Positions 19,647 through 33,525 are shown, counted from the stretch's first letter. The stretch: 64,000 bases of DNA from Candidatus Rokuibacteriota bacterium (GCA_003220595.1 QHSZ01000023.1:3271-67270); one strand, 5' to 3'. Translations and numbers: made by a program. Notes: generated by a model not told the origin, from the sequence alone.

Positions 19647-19898
19647 TTGCCTCCCTCGCGTGGCATGCGCTCGATGCCCGAACCCCTTCCGGCCCCCGAG
19701 CCGCCGCTCAGCTATCACGGCGCCGTGTCCGCGTTCAAGCGTCGCCTGATCGAGGCGACGCTCCGCGAGGCGCGCGGCAACCGCACCCACGCGGCGAGGG
19801 CCCTGGGCCTGCAGCGCACGTACCTCCTGCGGCTCATCCGCGAGCTCGGCGTCGCCGCGCCGCCGCCTCCGGTGCGCCAGCGGAACGGCACTCCCTAG
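19647..19898 (+). CDS. small Fis-family helix-turn-helix DNA-binding protein (HTH_8)
   Basis: ...FKRRLIEATLREARGNRTHAARALGLQRTYLLRLIRELGV resembles the C-terminal HTH of NtrC/Fis-type proteins. It is a stand-alone protein of about 80 aa. Confidence 0.55.
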   Translation: MPPSRGMRSMPEPLPAPEPPLSYHGAVSAFKRRLIEATLREARGNRTHAARALGLQRTYLLRLIRELGVAAPPPPVRQRNGTP

Positions 19899-19901
19899 CG
19901 G

Positions 19902-21062
19902 TTGACGTTTGTCGGCGCTGCCGTCAAGCTTGGAGCCGTCATGCTTGACGTCTGGGTGGCGGGCGCCGCGATGACCCGCGTCGGCAAACGGACCGAGCGG
20001 CTGCAGGACCTCATGGCCGAGGCCGCTCACGGCGCGCTGCGCGCGGCCGGCGTGGAGGCGCCGGACGCGATCGTCGTCGCCGCCATGAACCCCGAGGAGT
20101 TCCTCGGCGACGGCAACTTCGCCTCGAACGCCGCGTCGCACCTGGGTTTCGCCCAGGCGCCGGCGCTCCGGGTCGAGACGGCGACCTCGTCGGGCGCCGC
20201 CGCCTTCTACGCGGGCTTCGGGCTCGTCGCGGCCGGCCTGCGCCGGGCGGTGCTCGTGGTGGGCGGCGAGAAGATGACCCACCTCGACACGCCGCGCGTG
20301 TCCGAGCTGATCAGCCGGTCGATCGATCCCTACGAGCGCTCGTACGGCGCCACGATGCCCGCGCTCGCCGGCCTCGTGACGCGCGCCCTGATGGCGAACG
20401 GTGTGGGTGCGCGTGAGCTCGCGCAGGTGGCGGTGAAGAACCACGCGAACGGGCTCCAGAACCCGCAGGCCCACTTCCGCCACGCGGTCACGCTCGACGA
20501 GGTGCTCGAGAGCCGCATGGTCGCCGACCCGCTCCGGCTGCTCCACTGCTGCCCCATCTCGGACGGCGCCGCCGCGGTCGTGTTGACGGCGCGGCGCGCG
20601 GCCGTGCGCGTGGCGGGCATCGGGCAGGGGAGCGACACGCTCGCCCTCCGCCACCGCGCGGCGCTCACGAGCTTCAAGGCGACGCAGGCGGCGGCGCGCG
20701 AGGCGTTCGCGATGGCGGGGTTCGGCCCGGAGCGCGTGGACGTGGCCGAGATCCACGACGCGTTCACTCCCTTCGAGCTCATCTCGCTCGAGGACACGGG
20801 CCTCGTGCCGCCGGGCAAGGCCGGGCGCGCGACGCTCGACGGCGAGACCACCCTCCACGGGCGGCTGCCCGTGAACCCGTCGGGCGGACTCAAGGCGCGC
20901 GGCCATCCGCTCGCGGCGACGGGGCTCGCCCAGATCGTCGAGTGCGTGTGGCAGGTCACCGGGCGCGCGGAGGGACGCCAGACCCAGGCGCGCGTCGCGC
21001 TGGCCCACTCCATCGGCGGGCTCGCGACGAACAACTGGGTGACGCTCCTGACGGCGGCATGA
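19902..21062 (+). CDS. thiolase-like protein (SCP-x / nonspecific lipid-transfer-protein-type acetyl-CoA acetyltransferase)
   Basis: Thiolase fold with a catalytic Cys region (ATSSGAAAF) and a C-terminal NPSGG...GHPLAATG motif. The true start is probably the ATG at 19941 (MLDVWVAGAAMTRVG). Confidence 0.75.
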   Translation: MTFVGAAVKLGAVMLDVWVAGAAMTRVGKRTERLQDLMAEAAHGALRAAGVEAPDAIVVAAMNPEEFLGDGNFASNAASHLGFAQAPALRVETATSSGAAAFYAGFGLVAAGLRRAVLVVGGEKMTHLDTPRVSELISRSIDPYERSYGATMPALAGLVTRALMANGVGARELAQVAVKNHANGLQNPQAHFRHAVTLDEVLESRMVADPLRLLHCCPISDGAAAVVLTARRAAVRVAGIGQGSDTLALRHRAALTSFKATQAAAREAFAMAGFGPERVDVAEIHDAFTPFELISLEDTGLVPPGKAGRATLDGETTLHGRLPVNPSGGLKARGHPLAATGLAQIVECVWQVTGRAEGRQTQARVALAHSIGGLATNNWVTLLTAA

Positions 21063-21469
21063 TCGAGAGGATCGACGCCTCCCGGTGCCCGGCGTGCCGC
21101 ACGATCGTCGCGCCGCCGGCGAGCTACTGTCCACACCATCCCGTGGCGATGGAGCCCGTGTCGCTCCCCGGCGCGGGTGAGATCGTCTCGTTCACCACGC
21201 TGCACTCGCCGCCCACGGGCTTCAAGGCGCCGCTCCACATCGCGCTCGTCGAGCTCGAGGGGGGCGCGCGGTTCGTCTGCCACGGCGCGGAGACGCGGGG
21301 GCTCCGGATCGGCTCGCCGGTCGCGATCGAGGCGGTGGGCCGCGTGTACTACTTCTCCTACCTTGGCGTCGTGGACCGCGCGCGGTTGTTCTGGCGGCGC
21401 GCCGGCCACGCCGGCGACCGCGTGAACGCGATCGCGCGGAGCCTCGCCAAGCGCGTCTGGAAAGGATGA
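21059..21469 (+). CDS. Zn-ribbon/OB-fold protein (DUF35; thiolase partner subunit)
   Basis: CPACRTIVAPPASYCPHH rubredoxin-like zinc ribbon followed by an OB fold. ATGA overlap with the thiolase gene; this pairing is typical of archaeal-type thiolase/DUF35 pairs. Confidence 0.7.
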   Translation: MIERIDASRCPACRTIVAPPASYCPHHPVAMEPVSLPGAGEIVSFTTLHSPPTGFKAPLHIALVELEGGARFVCHGAETRGLRIGSPVAIEAVGRVYYFSYLGVVDRARLFWRRAGHAGDRVNAIARSLAKRVWKG

Positions 21470-21473
21470 CAGC

Positions 21474-22670
21474 GTGCCGCGAGCGAAAGGGCCCCTGGCC
21501 GGTGTCCGCGTGCTCGACCTCACCCGCGTCCTCGCGGGGCCGTTCTGCGCGATGCTGCTCGGGGACATGGGCGCGGAGGTCGTCAAGATCGAGGAGCCGG
21601 GCAAGGGCGACGACACCCGGAGCTGGCCGCCCTTCGTGGGCGGCGAAGCCACCTACTTCATGTCGGTCAACCGGAGCAAGAAGAGCGTCACCCTGAACCT
21701 CAAGGCGCCCGAAGGGCGCCGGATCATGGCGACGCTCGTGCGAAAGAGCGATGTCCTCCTCGAGAACTTCCGTCCCGGGACGATGGCGAAGCTCGGCCTG
21801 GGCTACGGCGCGCTGGCGAAGCTCAACCCGAAGCTCGTCTACTGCTCGATCTCGGGCTTCGGCGAGTCCGGGCCGGAGGCGCACCGCGCCGGTTACGACC
21901 TGATCGTCCAGGGCGAGTCCGGGCTCATGGACATCACGGGCTTCGCCGACGGGCCCCCCGTCAAGGTGGGCACGTCGATCGCCGACCTCGTCGCCGGGAT
22001 GTCGGCCGCCCACGGCGTGACGCTGGCGCTCCTCGCGCGCGCCAAGACGCGCCGGGGCCAGAAGGTCGAGATCGCCATGCTCGACGCGCTGGCGGCGCTG
22101 CTCACCTATCAGGCCGGCATCTACTTCGGCACCGGCCAGCGGCCGACGCGCCGCGGGAACGCGCACCCGTCCATCGTCCCGTACGAGGTCTTCAAGGCCG
22201 CCGACGCCTATCTGACCCTCGGGGTCGCCAACAACTCGCTGTGGACCAAGTGCTGCGCCGCCCTCGAGCGGCCCGCCCTGGCGCACGACCCGCGCTTCGA
22301 CACCGTGGCCAAGCGCGTGCTGAACCGCGACACGCTCATCGCGCTGCTCAACGAGATCCTCGGCGCGCGAACCGCCGAGGAGTGGATCAAGCGCTTCGAG
22401 GCGGCGGGCATCCCCGCGGGCCGGATCAAGACGGTCGCCGAGGTGTGCGAGAGCGAGCACCTGAAGGCGCGCGGCATGCTCGTCACGCTGCCGCACCCGA
22501 AGGCGACGCGGCTCACCGTGATGGGCGTCCCGATCCGTCTCCACGGGACGCCCGGAGGCGCCGCGGCCCCGCCGCCGCTGCTCGGCCAGCACACGGAGGA
22601 GGTGCTCCGGTCGCTCGTCGGGCTCACCCGGGCGGAGATCGCCGGGCTCCGGGAGAAGGGCGTGCTCTGA
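21474..22670 (+). CDS. CoA transferase family III (CaiB/BaiF)
   Basis: 398 aa. GVRVLDLTRVLAGPFCAMLLGDMGAEVVKIE at the N-terminus and a conserved Asp region. Confidence 0.85.
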   Translation: MPRAKGPLAGVRVLDLTRVLAGPFCAMLLGDMGAEVVKIEEPGKGDDTRSWPPFVGGEATYFMSVNRSKKSVTLNLKAPEGRRIMATLVRKSDVLLENFRPGTMAKLGLGYGALAKLNPKLVYCSISGFGESGPEAHRAGYDLIVQGESGLMDITGFADGPPVKVGTSIADLVAGMSAAHGVTLALLARAKTRRGQKVEIAMLDALAALLTYQAGIYFGTGQRPTRRGNAHPSIVPYEVFKAADAYLTLGVANNSLWTKCCAALERPALAHDPRFDTVAKRVLNRDTLIALLNEILGARTAEEWIKRFEAAGIPAGRIKTVAEVCESEHLKARGMLVTLPHPKATRLTVMGVPIRLHGTPGGAAAPPPLLGQHTEEVLRSLVGLTRAEIAGLREKGVL

Positions 22671-22671
22671 G

Positions 22672-23271
22672 GTGGAGATCGCGCCCGTCACGCTCCGCGG
22701 CCGCTGGCTCACGCTCGAGCCGCTCGCGGAGCGTCACGCGCCCGATCTGTTCGAGGTCATGCGGGACGAGGAGGTCTGCCGCTATCTCTCCTGGGCGCCG
22801 CCGGAGAAGCTCGAGGAGACGCTCACCCTCGTCCGCGAAGCCCGAGAGCTGATGGCCCGCCGCCACTCCATCGTGTTCGCCCAGGTCTGGAACGAGACCG
22901 GGCGCTGCGTCGGCTCCACGCGGCTTCTCGACGTGCGGCCGGCCGACCGTCACGTCGAGATCGGCTCGACCTTTCTGGCACGCCCGCTCTGGCGGACGCC
23001 CGCCAACACCGAATCGAAGTACCTCGTTCTCTCCCACTGCTTCGAGCAGCTTGGCTGCGTCCGCGTCGCCCTGAAGACCGATGCCCGCAACGTGCGCTCC
23101 CAGGAGGCGATCGCCCGCCTCGGCGCCTCGCGCGAAGGTGTGCTCAGAAAGCACATGAACGTCAGGGGCTTTCAGCGGGACACGGTCTACTACTCCCTCC
23201 TCGACACGGAGTGGCCGGAGGCGAAGCGCCGTCTCGCCGAGCGCCTCTACGGCTCCACCCGCGAGTCTTGA
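22672..23271 (+). CDS. GNAT family N-acetyltransferase (RimJ/RimL-like, Acetyltransf_3)
   Basis: 199 aa, GTG start. GNAT core RLLDVRPADRHVEIGSTFLARPLWRT... Confidence 0.65.
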   Translation: MEIAPVTLRGRWLTLEPLAERHAPDLFEVMRDEEVCRYLSWAPPEKLEETLTLVREARELMARRHSIVFAQVWNETGRCVGSTRLLDVRPADRHVEIGSTFLARPLWRTPANTESKYLVLSHCFEQLGCVRVALKTDARNVRSQEAIARLGASREGVLRKHMNVRGFQRDTVYYSLLDTEWPEAKRRLAERLYGSTRES

Positions 23272-23309
23272 CACCCCGCTGACGCGGAGCGCATCATCGA
23301 ACTTACCCC

Positions 23310-24890
23310 ATGCGTCGCCTGATCAAAATCTACGACACGACGCTCCGCGACGGCACCCAGGGCGAGGGCGTGTCCTTCTCGATGGAGGACAAGGTCCGCC
23401 TGACGTCGCGCCTCGACGCGCTCGGGATCCACTACATCGAGGGTGGGTGGCCGGGCTCGAACCCAAAGGACCTCCGCTTCTTCCGCCGCATGCAGGACAC
23501 GAGCCTCAAGCACGCCAAGCTCGCCGCGTTCAGCATGACCCGGCGCGCGGGCGGCCCCGTCGAGTCGGACGCCAACATGCAGGCCCTCCTCGACGCGGGC
23601 GCGCCGGTCGCGACGATCGTCGGCAAGTCGTGGGACTTCCACGTGACGCACGCGCTCGACACGACGCTCGACGAGAACCTCGCCATGATCGCGGACACGA
23701 TCGCCTTCCTCCGGCCGCGCATGGAGGAGGTCATGTTCGACGCCGAGCACTTCTTCGACGGGTTCCGCGCGAACCGCGACTACGCGCTCCGCACGCTCAG
23801 GGCCGCGGAGGCGGCCGGGGCCCACTGGCTCGTCCTCTGCGACACGAACGGCGGCACGTTGCCGCACGATCTCGTCGCCATCTTGAAGGCCGTGAAGCAG
23901 CACGTGAAGACGCCGCTCGGCATCCACGTCCACAACGACGCCGAGTGCGCGGTGGCTAACTCGCTCGCCGCGGTGCAGGAGGGCGTGGGCCAGGTGCAGG
24001 GCACCATGAACGGCTACGGCGAGCGCTGCGGAAACGCGAACCTCGTCTCGATCATCCCGAACCTCGTCCTCAAGCTCGGGCTCGACTGCATCCCCGAGCC
24101 GAACCTGCGCGAGCTCCGCGACGCCGCGCGCTTCGTCGCCGAGCTGGCGAACCGCACGCCCTGGTCGTCGCAGCCCTACGTCGGCGACTCGGCCTTCGCC
24201 CACAAGGGGGGCATGCACGTCTCGGCCGTGCAGAAGCACCCGGAGACCTACGAGCACATCGATCCCCAGGCGGTCGGCAACCACCGGCGCGTGCTCATCT
24301 CCGAGCTCGCGGGTAAGTCGAACATCCTGTGGAAGGCGCGCGAGTATGGGATCGATCTCGAGCGCGAGACCCCCGACTCGCGCCGGATCCTCGACCAGCT
24401 CAAGGCGCTCGAGGACGCGGGCTTCCAGTTCGAGGGTGCGGAGGCCTCGTTCGAGCTCCTCATGGAGCGCGCCCTCGGCCGCCACAAGCCCTACTTCGAG
24501 CTCGAGGCCTACCGCGTGATCGTGGAGGAGCAGCACCACGACCAGGAGCCGGTCGCCGAGGCGACGGTCCGCGTGCGGGTCAAGGGCATCCTGGAGCACA
24601 CGGCCGGGTCGGGGAACGGCCCGGTCAATGCGCTGGACCACGCCCTCCGGAAGGCCCTCGAGGAGTTCTATCCGGGCCTGAGGACGATGAAGCTCCTCGA
24701 CTACAAGGTCCGCATCCTCGACGAGTCGAAGGGCACCGCGGCCAAGACGCGGGTGCTCGTCACGTCGGGAGACGGCGAGGAGACGTGGGGGACGGTCGGC
24801 GTCGCCGACAACATCATCGAGGCCTCGTGGCAGGCCCTCGTGGACTCGATCGAGTACAAGCTCCGGCGCGACGAGCGGAGCCCGGCGTGA
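23310..24890 (+). CDS. cimA: (R)-citramalate synthase / 2-isopropylmalate synthase family
   Basis: 526 aa. N-terminal [22 protein letters not shown]-like barrel ([17 protein letters not shown]) plus a C-terminal LeuA-dimerisation regulatory domain. The length fits CimA better than LeuA. Confidence 0.75.
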   Translation: MRRLIKIYDTTLRDGTQGEGVSFSMEDKVRLTSRLDALGIHYIEGGWPGSNPKDLRFFRRMQDTSLKHAKLAAFSMTRRAGGPVESDANMQALLDAGAPVATIVGKSWDFHVTHALDTTLDENLAMIADTIAFLRPRMEEVMFDAEHFFDGFRANRDYALRTLRAAEAAGAHWLVLCDTNGGTLPHDLVAILKAVKQHVKTPLGIHVHNDAECAVANSLAAVQEGVGQVQGTMNGYGERCGNANLVSIIPNLVLKLGLDCIPEPNLRELRDAARFVAELANRTPWSSQPYVGDSAFAHKGGMHVSAVQKHPETYEHIDPQAVGNHRRVLISELAGKSNILWKAREYGIDLERETPDSRRILDQLKALEDAGFQFEGAEASFELLMERALGRHKPYFELEAYRVIVEEQHHDQEPVAEATVRVRVKGILEHTAGSGNGPVNALDHALRKALEEFYPGLRTMKLLDYKVRILDESKGTAAKTRVLVTSGDGEETWGTVGVADNIIEASWQALVDSIEYKLRRDERSPA

Positions 24891-25258
24891 ACATCGTCGT
24901 CGTCGACAATGAGCCCGCGATCGTGAAGCTGTGCAAGAACGTCCTCGCGCAGCAGGGTCACACCGTCCACGGCTTCACGACCGCGCCCGACGCGCTCTCA
25001 CACCTCGCCGCCGGCGTGCGGGTCGACCTCCTCTTGGTGGACTACCAGATGCCCGAGCTGAACGGCCTCGAGTTCATCCAGCGCGCCTGGGACCTCCAGC
25101 CAGAGCTCCGCGTCGTCATGATCACCGCCCACGGCACGCGTGAGCTCCTGGGCGAGGCGGCCCAGGCGGGGATCCACGGAGTGGTGCTCAAGCCGTTCAC
25201 AGCCATCGACCTCACCCGGGTGGTGGAGACGACGCTTCGCCCGTCGTCCGAGCCCTAG
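24887..25258 (+). CDS. stand-alone response-regulator receiver domain (CheY-like)
   Basis: [16 protein letters not shown]...[16 protein letters not shown]...VVMITAHG...KPF. GTG start overlaps the cimA stop codon. Confidence 0.8.
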   Translation: MNIVVVDNEPAIVKLCKNVLAQQGHTVHGFTTAPDALSHLAAGVRVDLLLVDYQMPELNGLEFIQRAWDLQPELRVVMITAHGTRELLGEAAQAGIHGVVLKPFTAIDLTRVVETTLRPSSEP

Positions 25259-25325
25259 TTGGGTTGTCGCGGTTATCGAGGGGCGCCACGGCTTGCGCCG
25301 GGGTCCCGAGCCACCCTGGGGGTTT

Positions 25326-25355
25326 GGGGGCCATGTCGGGGCCCCCATGTTTCTT
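25326..25355 (+). terminator. intrinsic terminator after the cimA-RR operon
   Basis: GGGGGCC-ATGTCGG-GGCCCCC hairpin followed by ATGTTTCTT. Confidence 0.55.
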
Positions 25356-25559
25356 AGTCGGGCCGTCGCTCCCCTCGCTCAGCCTGCGCCGTCAACCGTC
25401 CCTGGCTTGTCTCGATTCTTACCTCGCCGACGTGTCCAGAAATTATCCGGCCTGCTCAGTAACTTACCAGATAAGACGCCGAGTCCTCACGTAAGATATT
25501 GAAACTACGGTGAAATGGAGTTCGGTATCGAATTTGCTGGTCTCCTCTCCCCAGGAGGG

Positions 25560-25821
25560 CTCAGTTATGGGGATCGGAGAACTGACAGCATTCAGTCCGG
25601 CAGTACCGGTCAACGGCCAGGTGTACGCCCGGTCGCCCCGCGTGGGCCGTCCGTCGACGGTGGCGCCGTATGCGGCGCAGGTCGCACAGTGGCTCAGAGA
25701 GGACCCGGCCCTGTCCGGGGCGGAGCTTCTCCGTCGGGTCCGAGGGTCGGGCTACCACGGTGGCAAGAGCGCCCTGTACGAGCTCGTGCGACGCCTCCGG
25801 CTCGCGCCTTCCGGAAACTAG
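25560..25821 (+). pseudogene. truncated IS21-family transposase (IstA) N-terminal fragment
   Basis: ...VAPYAAQVAQWLREDPALSGAELLRRVRGSGYHGGKSALYELVRRLR aligns by eye to the IS21 IstA segment ...KLKPFMDYIDMRLAE...IFAEIKAMGYTGGRSMLRYYIQPKR. The ORF ends after about 100 aa with no catalytic domain. It sits in a low-GC patch (about 25380-25560). Confidence 0.5.
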
Positions 25822-25912
25822 CTAGCCCGCTTCCTCCCGACCTGCTCCCTTCAGAAGCCCTTCGCCGCGCGCCAGACGCGGGTCCAACCGTTCATCTCCT
25901 CGTCGCTCAGGC

Positions 25913-26356
25913 TTATCGCACGCTCGCAGCCCCGGGCGGGTGCAGCCGCTTGTAGAACAGGAGCTCGCGGTAGCCCTGCGGCAGGTTGTCGATGAACCCG
26001 GAGGGAATGAAGCCGAGCGCTGCGTGCATCTTGATCCCGACCGCGTTGGTCTCTTCGACCGTGGAGTAGAGCCGCGGGCTCGGCGAGACGTCCTCGACCA
26101 TCTTGTAGAGCGCGCGCGCGGTGCCGCGCCGGCGGAAATCGCCGCGCACGCCGACGAGCCCGACGAGGGTGCACTGGAACCAGTCGGTCCGGTAGGCGAG
26201 GACGCCGAGGACGTCGTCTCCCTCGGCCGCGACGAGGACGTGGTGCCGCTCGGCGTGCGAGCGCACGAACGGCTCCGCGCGCTCGGGACCGAGCACCTCC
26301 GTCGCGAGGGTCATCACCCCATGGAAATCGCGCGCCTCCGCGTGCCGGACGTTCAC
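25913..26356 (-). CDS. GNAT family N-acetyltransferase
   Basis: 147 aa with a ...VGVRGDFRRRGTARALY... acetyl-CoA binding motif. Confidence 0.65.
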   Translation of the reverse strand: MNVRHAEARDFHGVMTLATEVLGPERAEPFVRSHAERHHVLVAAEGDDVLGVLAYRTDWFQCTLVGLVGVRGDFRRRGTARALYKMVEDVSPSPRLYSTVEETNAVGIKMHAALGFIPSGFIDNLPQGYRELLFYKRLHPPGAASVR

Positions 26357-27183
26357 CCGTCGAGGAACTCACGCAGCGCGCGCGCGACGACCGGGTGTTG
26401 GCCGAGGACCACCGTGTAGTGATTCGTGCGCGGCACGACCACCAGCCGGCAGTCGGGGATGGCGTGGGCCATCGCCTCCGCCTCCTCCTGGGTCATGAGA
26501 CAGTCGTCGGCGCGCAGGAGGCCGTCCGGCGCGCGGAAGAGGAGGGTGGGGGCCGCGAGTTGGTGGTGCCAGACCCAGAGGCGCGTGCGCTGGAGGTTCG
26601 CCACCTCCTCCTCGATCGCGTGACGCGCCACCTTCGAGCGGACGCCGCCGCCCGGGCCCGGCTCGACGTCGTAGGTGTAGTGGCGCGCGAGGTAGTCGTT
26701 CCAGCGCCCCGCGAACATCGGCAGGTCCTGGAGCGTCGCGAGGAACTTCTCGAGCGACGGGAATTCGACGCCGAGCCGGTTGATCGCGGGCGCCAGGGCG
26801 TCCAGGATCTCGGCCCGCACGTCGAGCCCGCCGTCGAAGAGCACGAGCTTCGAGACGCGGTCCGGGTGCAGCGTCGCGAAGCGGACGGCGATGTGGGCGC
26901 CGAGCGAGTGACCCATGAGGATCGCGCGCGCGAGCCGGAAGTGGTCGAGGAGTGCCCGGAGGTCGGCCGCATGGTGGGTGAGGCTGTAGCCGGTCGCCGG
27001 CTTGTCGCTGTCGCCGCGCCCGCGGAGGTCGGGGGCCAGGATCCGGTGGCTCCCGCCGAGGGCGTCGGCGATCGAGTACCACACGGTGTGGTTCGACGTG
27101 AGGCCGTGGACCGCGACGATCGCGGACCCGCGCCCGGGCCACTCGTGGACCGCGAGGCTGACGTCGTTGGCGCGTACGCGCAT
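26353..27183 (-). CDS. alpha/beta hydrolase
   Basis: HGLTSNHTVW...GHSLGAH nucleophile elbow. The start is at the internal M of the track ORF (MRVRANDVSLAVHEW), overlapping the rraA stop codon. Confidence 0.75.
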   Translation of the reverse strand: MRVRANDVSLAVHEWPGRGSAIVAVHGLTSNHTVWYSIADALGGSHRILAPDLRGRGDSDKPATGYSLTHHAADLRALLDHFRLARAILMGHSLGAHIAVRFATLHPDRVSKLVLFDGGLDVRAEILDALAPAINRLGVEFPSLEKFLATLQDLPMFAGRWNDYLARHYTYDVEPGPGGGVRSKVARHAIEEEVANLQRTRLWVWHHQLAAPTLLFRAPDGLLRADDCLMTQEEAEAMAHAIPDCRLVVVPRTNHYTVVLGQHPVVARALREFLDG

Positions 27184-27866
27184 CAGTAGGTGCCGGGGCG
27201 GACCCGCGTGTAGAGCTCCTTGAGCCCGTCGGCGGAGAACTTCGGCGACTGACAGAACGAGATGATCGTGCGCTCGTCGGCCTCGACCTTGTGGACCGCC
27301 TCGGGGACGCGGTCGGCGATCTCGGCGGGGATCGTCACCGCGCCGTGCTGGTCGCAGTGGATCAGGTCGCCGGGCTTCACCCAGAGCCCGCCGACCTTGA
27401 CGGGGAGGCCGAAGTCCACCATGTGCACGTACGCGTGGGAGACCGAGACGTGCGCCGCCGCGAACTGGAAGCCGAGGCCCCGCACCTCGTCGAGGTCGCG
27501 CACCGAGCCGTCCGTGACGACGCCGGCGCAGCCGAGCGCCTTGTGGATGTTGGCCTGGACCTCCCCCCACTGCGCCCCCTGACCCCGCGGGTCGTCGAGG
27601 TCGTGGACCACGATGACCCGCGGCGCGGGGATCGACAGCACGTAGTCCCACCAGGCGAAGGTCGACGCGCGGTGCCCCTGCAGGGGGGCGGGCTCGGCGC
27701 GGATCAGCGCCGGGACCGCGTAGCCGACGAGCGGGCCGAGCTCGGGGAAGAGGGCGCGCAGCGCCGAGGACATGAAGCCCTGGTTCCGCGGACGGACGTT
27801 GAAGGTTTCGATCCCGTTGGCGACGCTCGGGCTCGAGATCTTGCGGAGCGATTCGATGAGGTCCAT
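27183..27866 (-). CDS. RraA family protein (RNase E regulator / 4-hydroxy-4-methyl-2-oxoglutarate aldolase-like)
   Basis: 228 aa, MDLIESLRKISSPSVANGIE...GDLIHCDQHGAV. The arginine-rich N-terminal part of the track ORF is not coding. Confidence 0.7.
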   Translation of the reverse strand: MDLIESLRKISSPSVANGIETFNVRPRNQGFMSSALRALFPELGPLVGYAVPALIRAEPAPLQGHRASTFAWWDYVLSIPAPRVIVVHDLDDPRGQGAQWGEVQANIHKALGCAGVVTDGSVRDLDEVRGLGFQFAAAHVSVSHAYVHMVDFGLPVKVGGLWVKPGDLIHCDQHGAVTIPAEIADRVPEAVHKVEADERTIISFCQSPKFSADGLKELYTRVRPGTY

Positions 27867-28515
27867 CAGATCGTGTCCTTTCGCCGCTGGATCAGCCGGC
27901 GCTTGAGCATCTCGACGGTGTCGACGACCGACGAGAGGTTGGGGTTGACGGCGAGCGCGCGCTCGAAGTACTCGAGGGCGCGCGCGGGCTGGTCGAGCTG
28001 CAGATAGATCATGCCGTAGCCGGAGAGGGCTCCGAAGTGGTGCGGGTTGCGCTTCAGCACCTCGTCGCAGTCGGCGAGGGACTTCGCGTACGCGCCCATC
28101 AGATAGTGAACCGTCGCCCGCTTGTTCCACCCTTCCGCGAAGTCGGGCCGCCGCGCGATGACGCGGCTGAACGTCTCGACGGCGGCGTCTCCCTCGCGCG
28201 CGCTCATCTGCTCGATGCCGAGCGCCAGGAGCCCGTCCACCTCGTCGTCGCCGGAGCGGCTCCACACCTGCCAGAGCGCCTGCTCGGCCGACGTCCGGAC
28301 GAGCGGGTCCTGGTCCCGGAGCGCCTGGACGAGGGCGGGGGCGTCGTCCATGAGCCCCTTCTGGCCGAGCCAGAGCGCGGCCGCCCGCCGCGTCTCGACG
28401 TCGGCGAGCGCGCGGAGCGCCTCGCGCGCCTCCTGGCGCGTCGGCTCGGCGGCGGCGCGCCCCGGTCCGCCCGGTGTCACGAGGAGTGCCGCCGCCAGCG
28501 CCAGCGCCGCGGCTC

Positions 28516-28519
<4 letters not shown>
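27866..28519 (-). CDS. TPR-repeat periplasmic protein
   Basis: Signal peptide MRAAALALAAALLVTPGG followed by about four TPR motifs. GTG start with a GTGA overlap onto the Kelch gene. Confidence 0.6.
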
Positions 28520-32228
<3,709 letters not shown>

Positions 32229-32232
<4 letters not shown>

Positions 32233-32582
32233 AGATCGTCTTCTGGCTCTTCGTCGCCGTCGGCTTCGTCTACGCCTTCTACTCGGGCGCGATCGCGACC
32301 TACCAGTACATGCAGGTCAAGGACGTCGTCGAGGAGTCGGTCCAGGAGCGGTGGAAGGTCGACAAGTTCGACCGTGCCGCGCGCGTCAAGCAGGACATCC
32401 TCCGGAAGGCGCCCGAGAGCGGCGTCACGCTCGACGCACAGAGCGTGCACGTCACCGATGACGAGCGCAACCTGCACGTGCTGATCCGCTGGTCCTATCC
32501 GGCGGTCGTCTACAGGCACCAGGCGTACATCTCGATCCCGATCTCCTACGACAAGGTGTTCGAGCCCGCGAGCGGTCGCTGA
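32229..32582 (+). CDS. small membrane-anchored hypothetical protein
   Basis: MKIVFWLFVAVGFVYAFYSG TM helix. ATGA overlap with the dtxR-like gene. GC3-biased codons. Confidence 0.5.
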
Positions 32583-32598
32583 CCCCGCCCCGGCGCGC

Positions 32599-33525
32599 TC
32601 AGCGCTTGGCGCGCGCGTCCTGGATCAGCTTGGCGACGCGCTCGCGATCGTCGCCGGGCGGCGCGACGGCGAGGAACTTCTCCCAGGACTTGATGGCGCC
32701 GGCCGTGTCCTTCTTCACCTCGTAGAGCACCTGCCCGCGGTAGAGCAGGACCGGCGGATAGTTCGGCTCGAGCGCGAGCACCTTGTCGAAGGTCTCGAGC
32801 GCCGTGTCCGCGTGGCCGCCGATCGCGACGATGAGCCCGAGGTGGGTCATCGCGTCCACGTTCTTCGGGTCCCGCTTGAGGATCGCCTGGTAGGCGGCGA
32901 TCGCCTCGCCGTAGCGGCCGGCGAAGAGGCTCGCGCGGGCCGCACTGAGCATGCCCTGCAGCATCTCGGGGGTCACCGGGCGTGGCGCGCCGCGCCCGGC
33001 GCCCACGGCGGGAGCGTCGGGGCGATCGGCCGGCTCCAGTGCGAGCGCGGCGAGCGGGCGGGAGCCGGGCGCGGGCGCGCCCGCCGACGGCTCGGGCTCG
33101 CTGTGGCGCGCGATACCCGTGCCGAGCACGACGCCGAACGCCACCAATAAGATAGCCGCGGCGCCGAGGGCGACGGGGTGCCGCCACGCCGAGCGGGACA
33201 CCGCGGCTCCCTCTCGGACGGGCGGCCTCGCGGGCGCGGGCGCGGCGAGCCGGTCGAGCTCGGTGAGGACGCGGGCGGCCTCGCTCTCGTAACGCGCGCG
33301 CAGCTCGGCGTAGTCCGCGTCCGAGATGTGGCCCGACTCGTGCTCGAAGGCCAGCTCGCGCAGCGCCGCGAGCGCCCGGTGCTTCTCCTCCCCGAGCTGC
33401 TGGCGCCGGTCCGGTGCCTGCGGCAGGAGGCCGCGCGCCGCCCCGCGGCGGCCCACGAGCGGCCAGAGCGTGAAGGCCAGCGCCGGGAGCCCGATCGCCA
33501 GGACCGCGACGAGCGTCGTCCTCAC
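32599..33525 (-). CDS. ccmI: cytochrome c-type biogenesis protein CcmI/CycH (TM + TPR)
   Basis: 308 aa with an N-terminal TM helix, a second TM helix and C-terminal TPR repeats (AIAAYQAILKRDPKNVDA...). It is the last gene of the ccm operon. GTGA overlap with ccmH. Confidence 0.6.
   Translation of the reverse strand: MRTTLVAVLAIGLPALAFTLWPLVGRRGAARGLLPQAPDRRQQLGEEKHRALAALRELAFEHESGHISDADYAELRARYESEAARVLTELDRLAAPAPARPPVREGAAVSRSAWRHPVALGAAAILLVAFGVVLGTGIARHSEPEPSAGAPAPGSRPLAALALEPADRPDAPAVGAGRGAPRPVTPEMLQGMLSAARASLFAGRYGEAIAAYQAILKRDPKNVDAMTHLGLIVAIGGHADTALETFDKVLALEPNYPPVLLYRGQVLYEVKKDTAGAIKSWEKFLAVAPPGDDRERVAKLIQDARAKR

Noticed and set aside
32583-32598. Palindromic GC-rich sequence between the convergent small membrane gene and ccmI, as a bidirectional terminator
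   Set aside because: The arms are imperfect, and the gap between the two stop codons is only about 16 nt, leaving too little room for a stable hairpin plus a T-tract.
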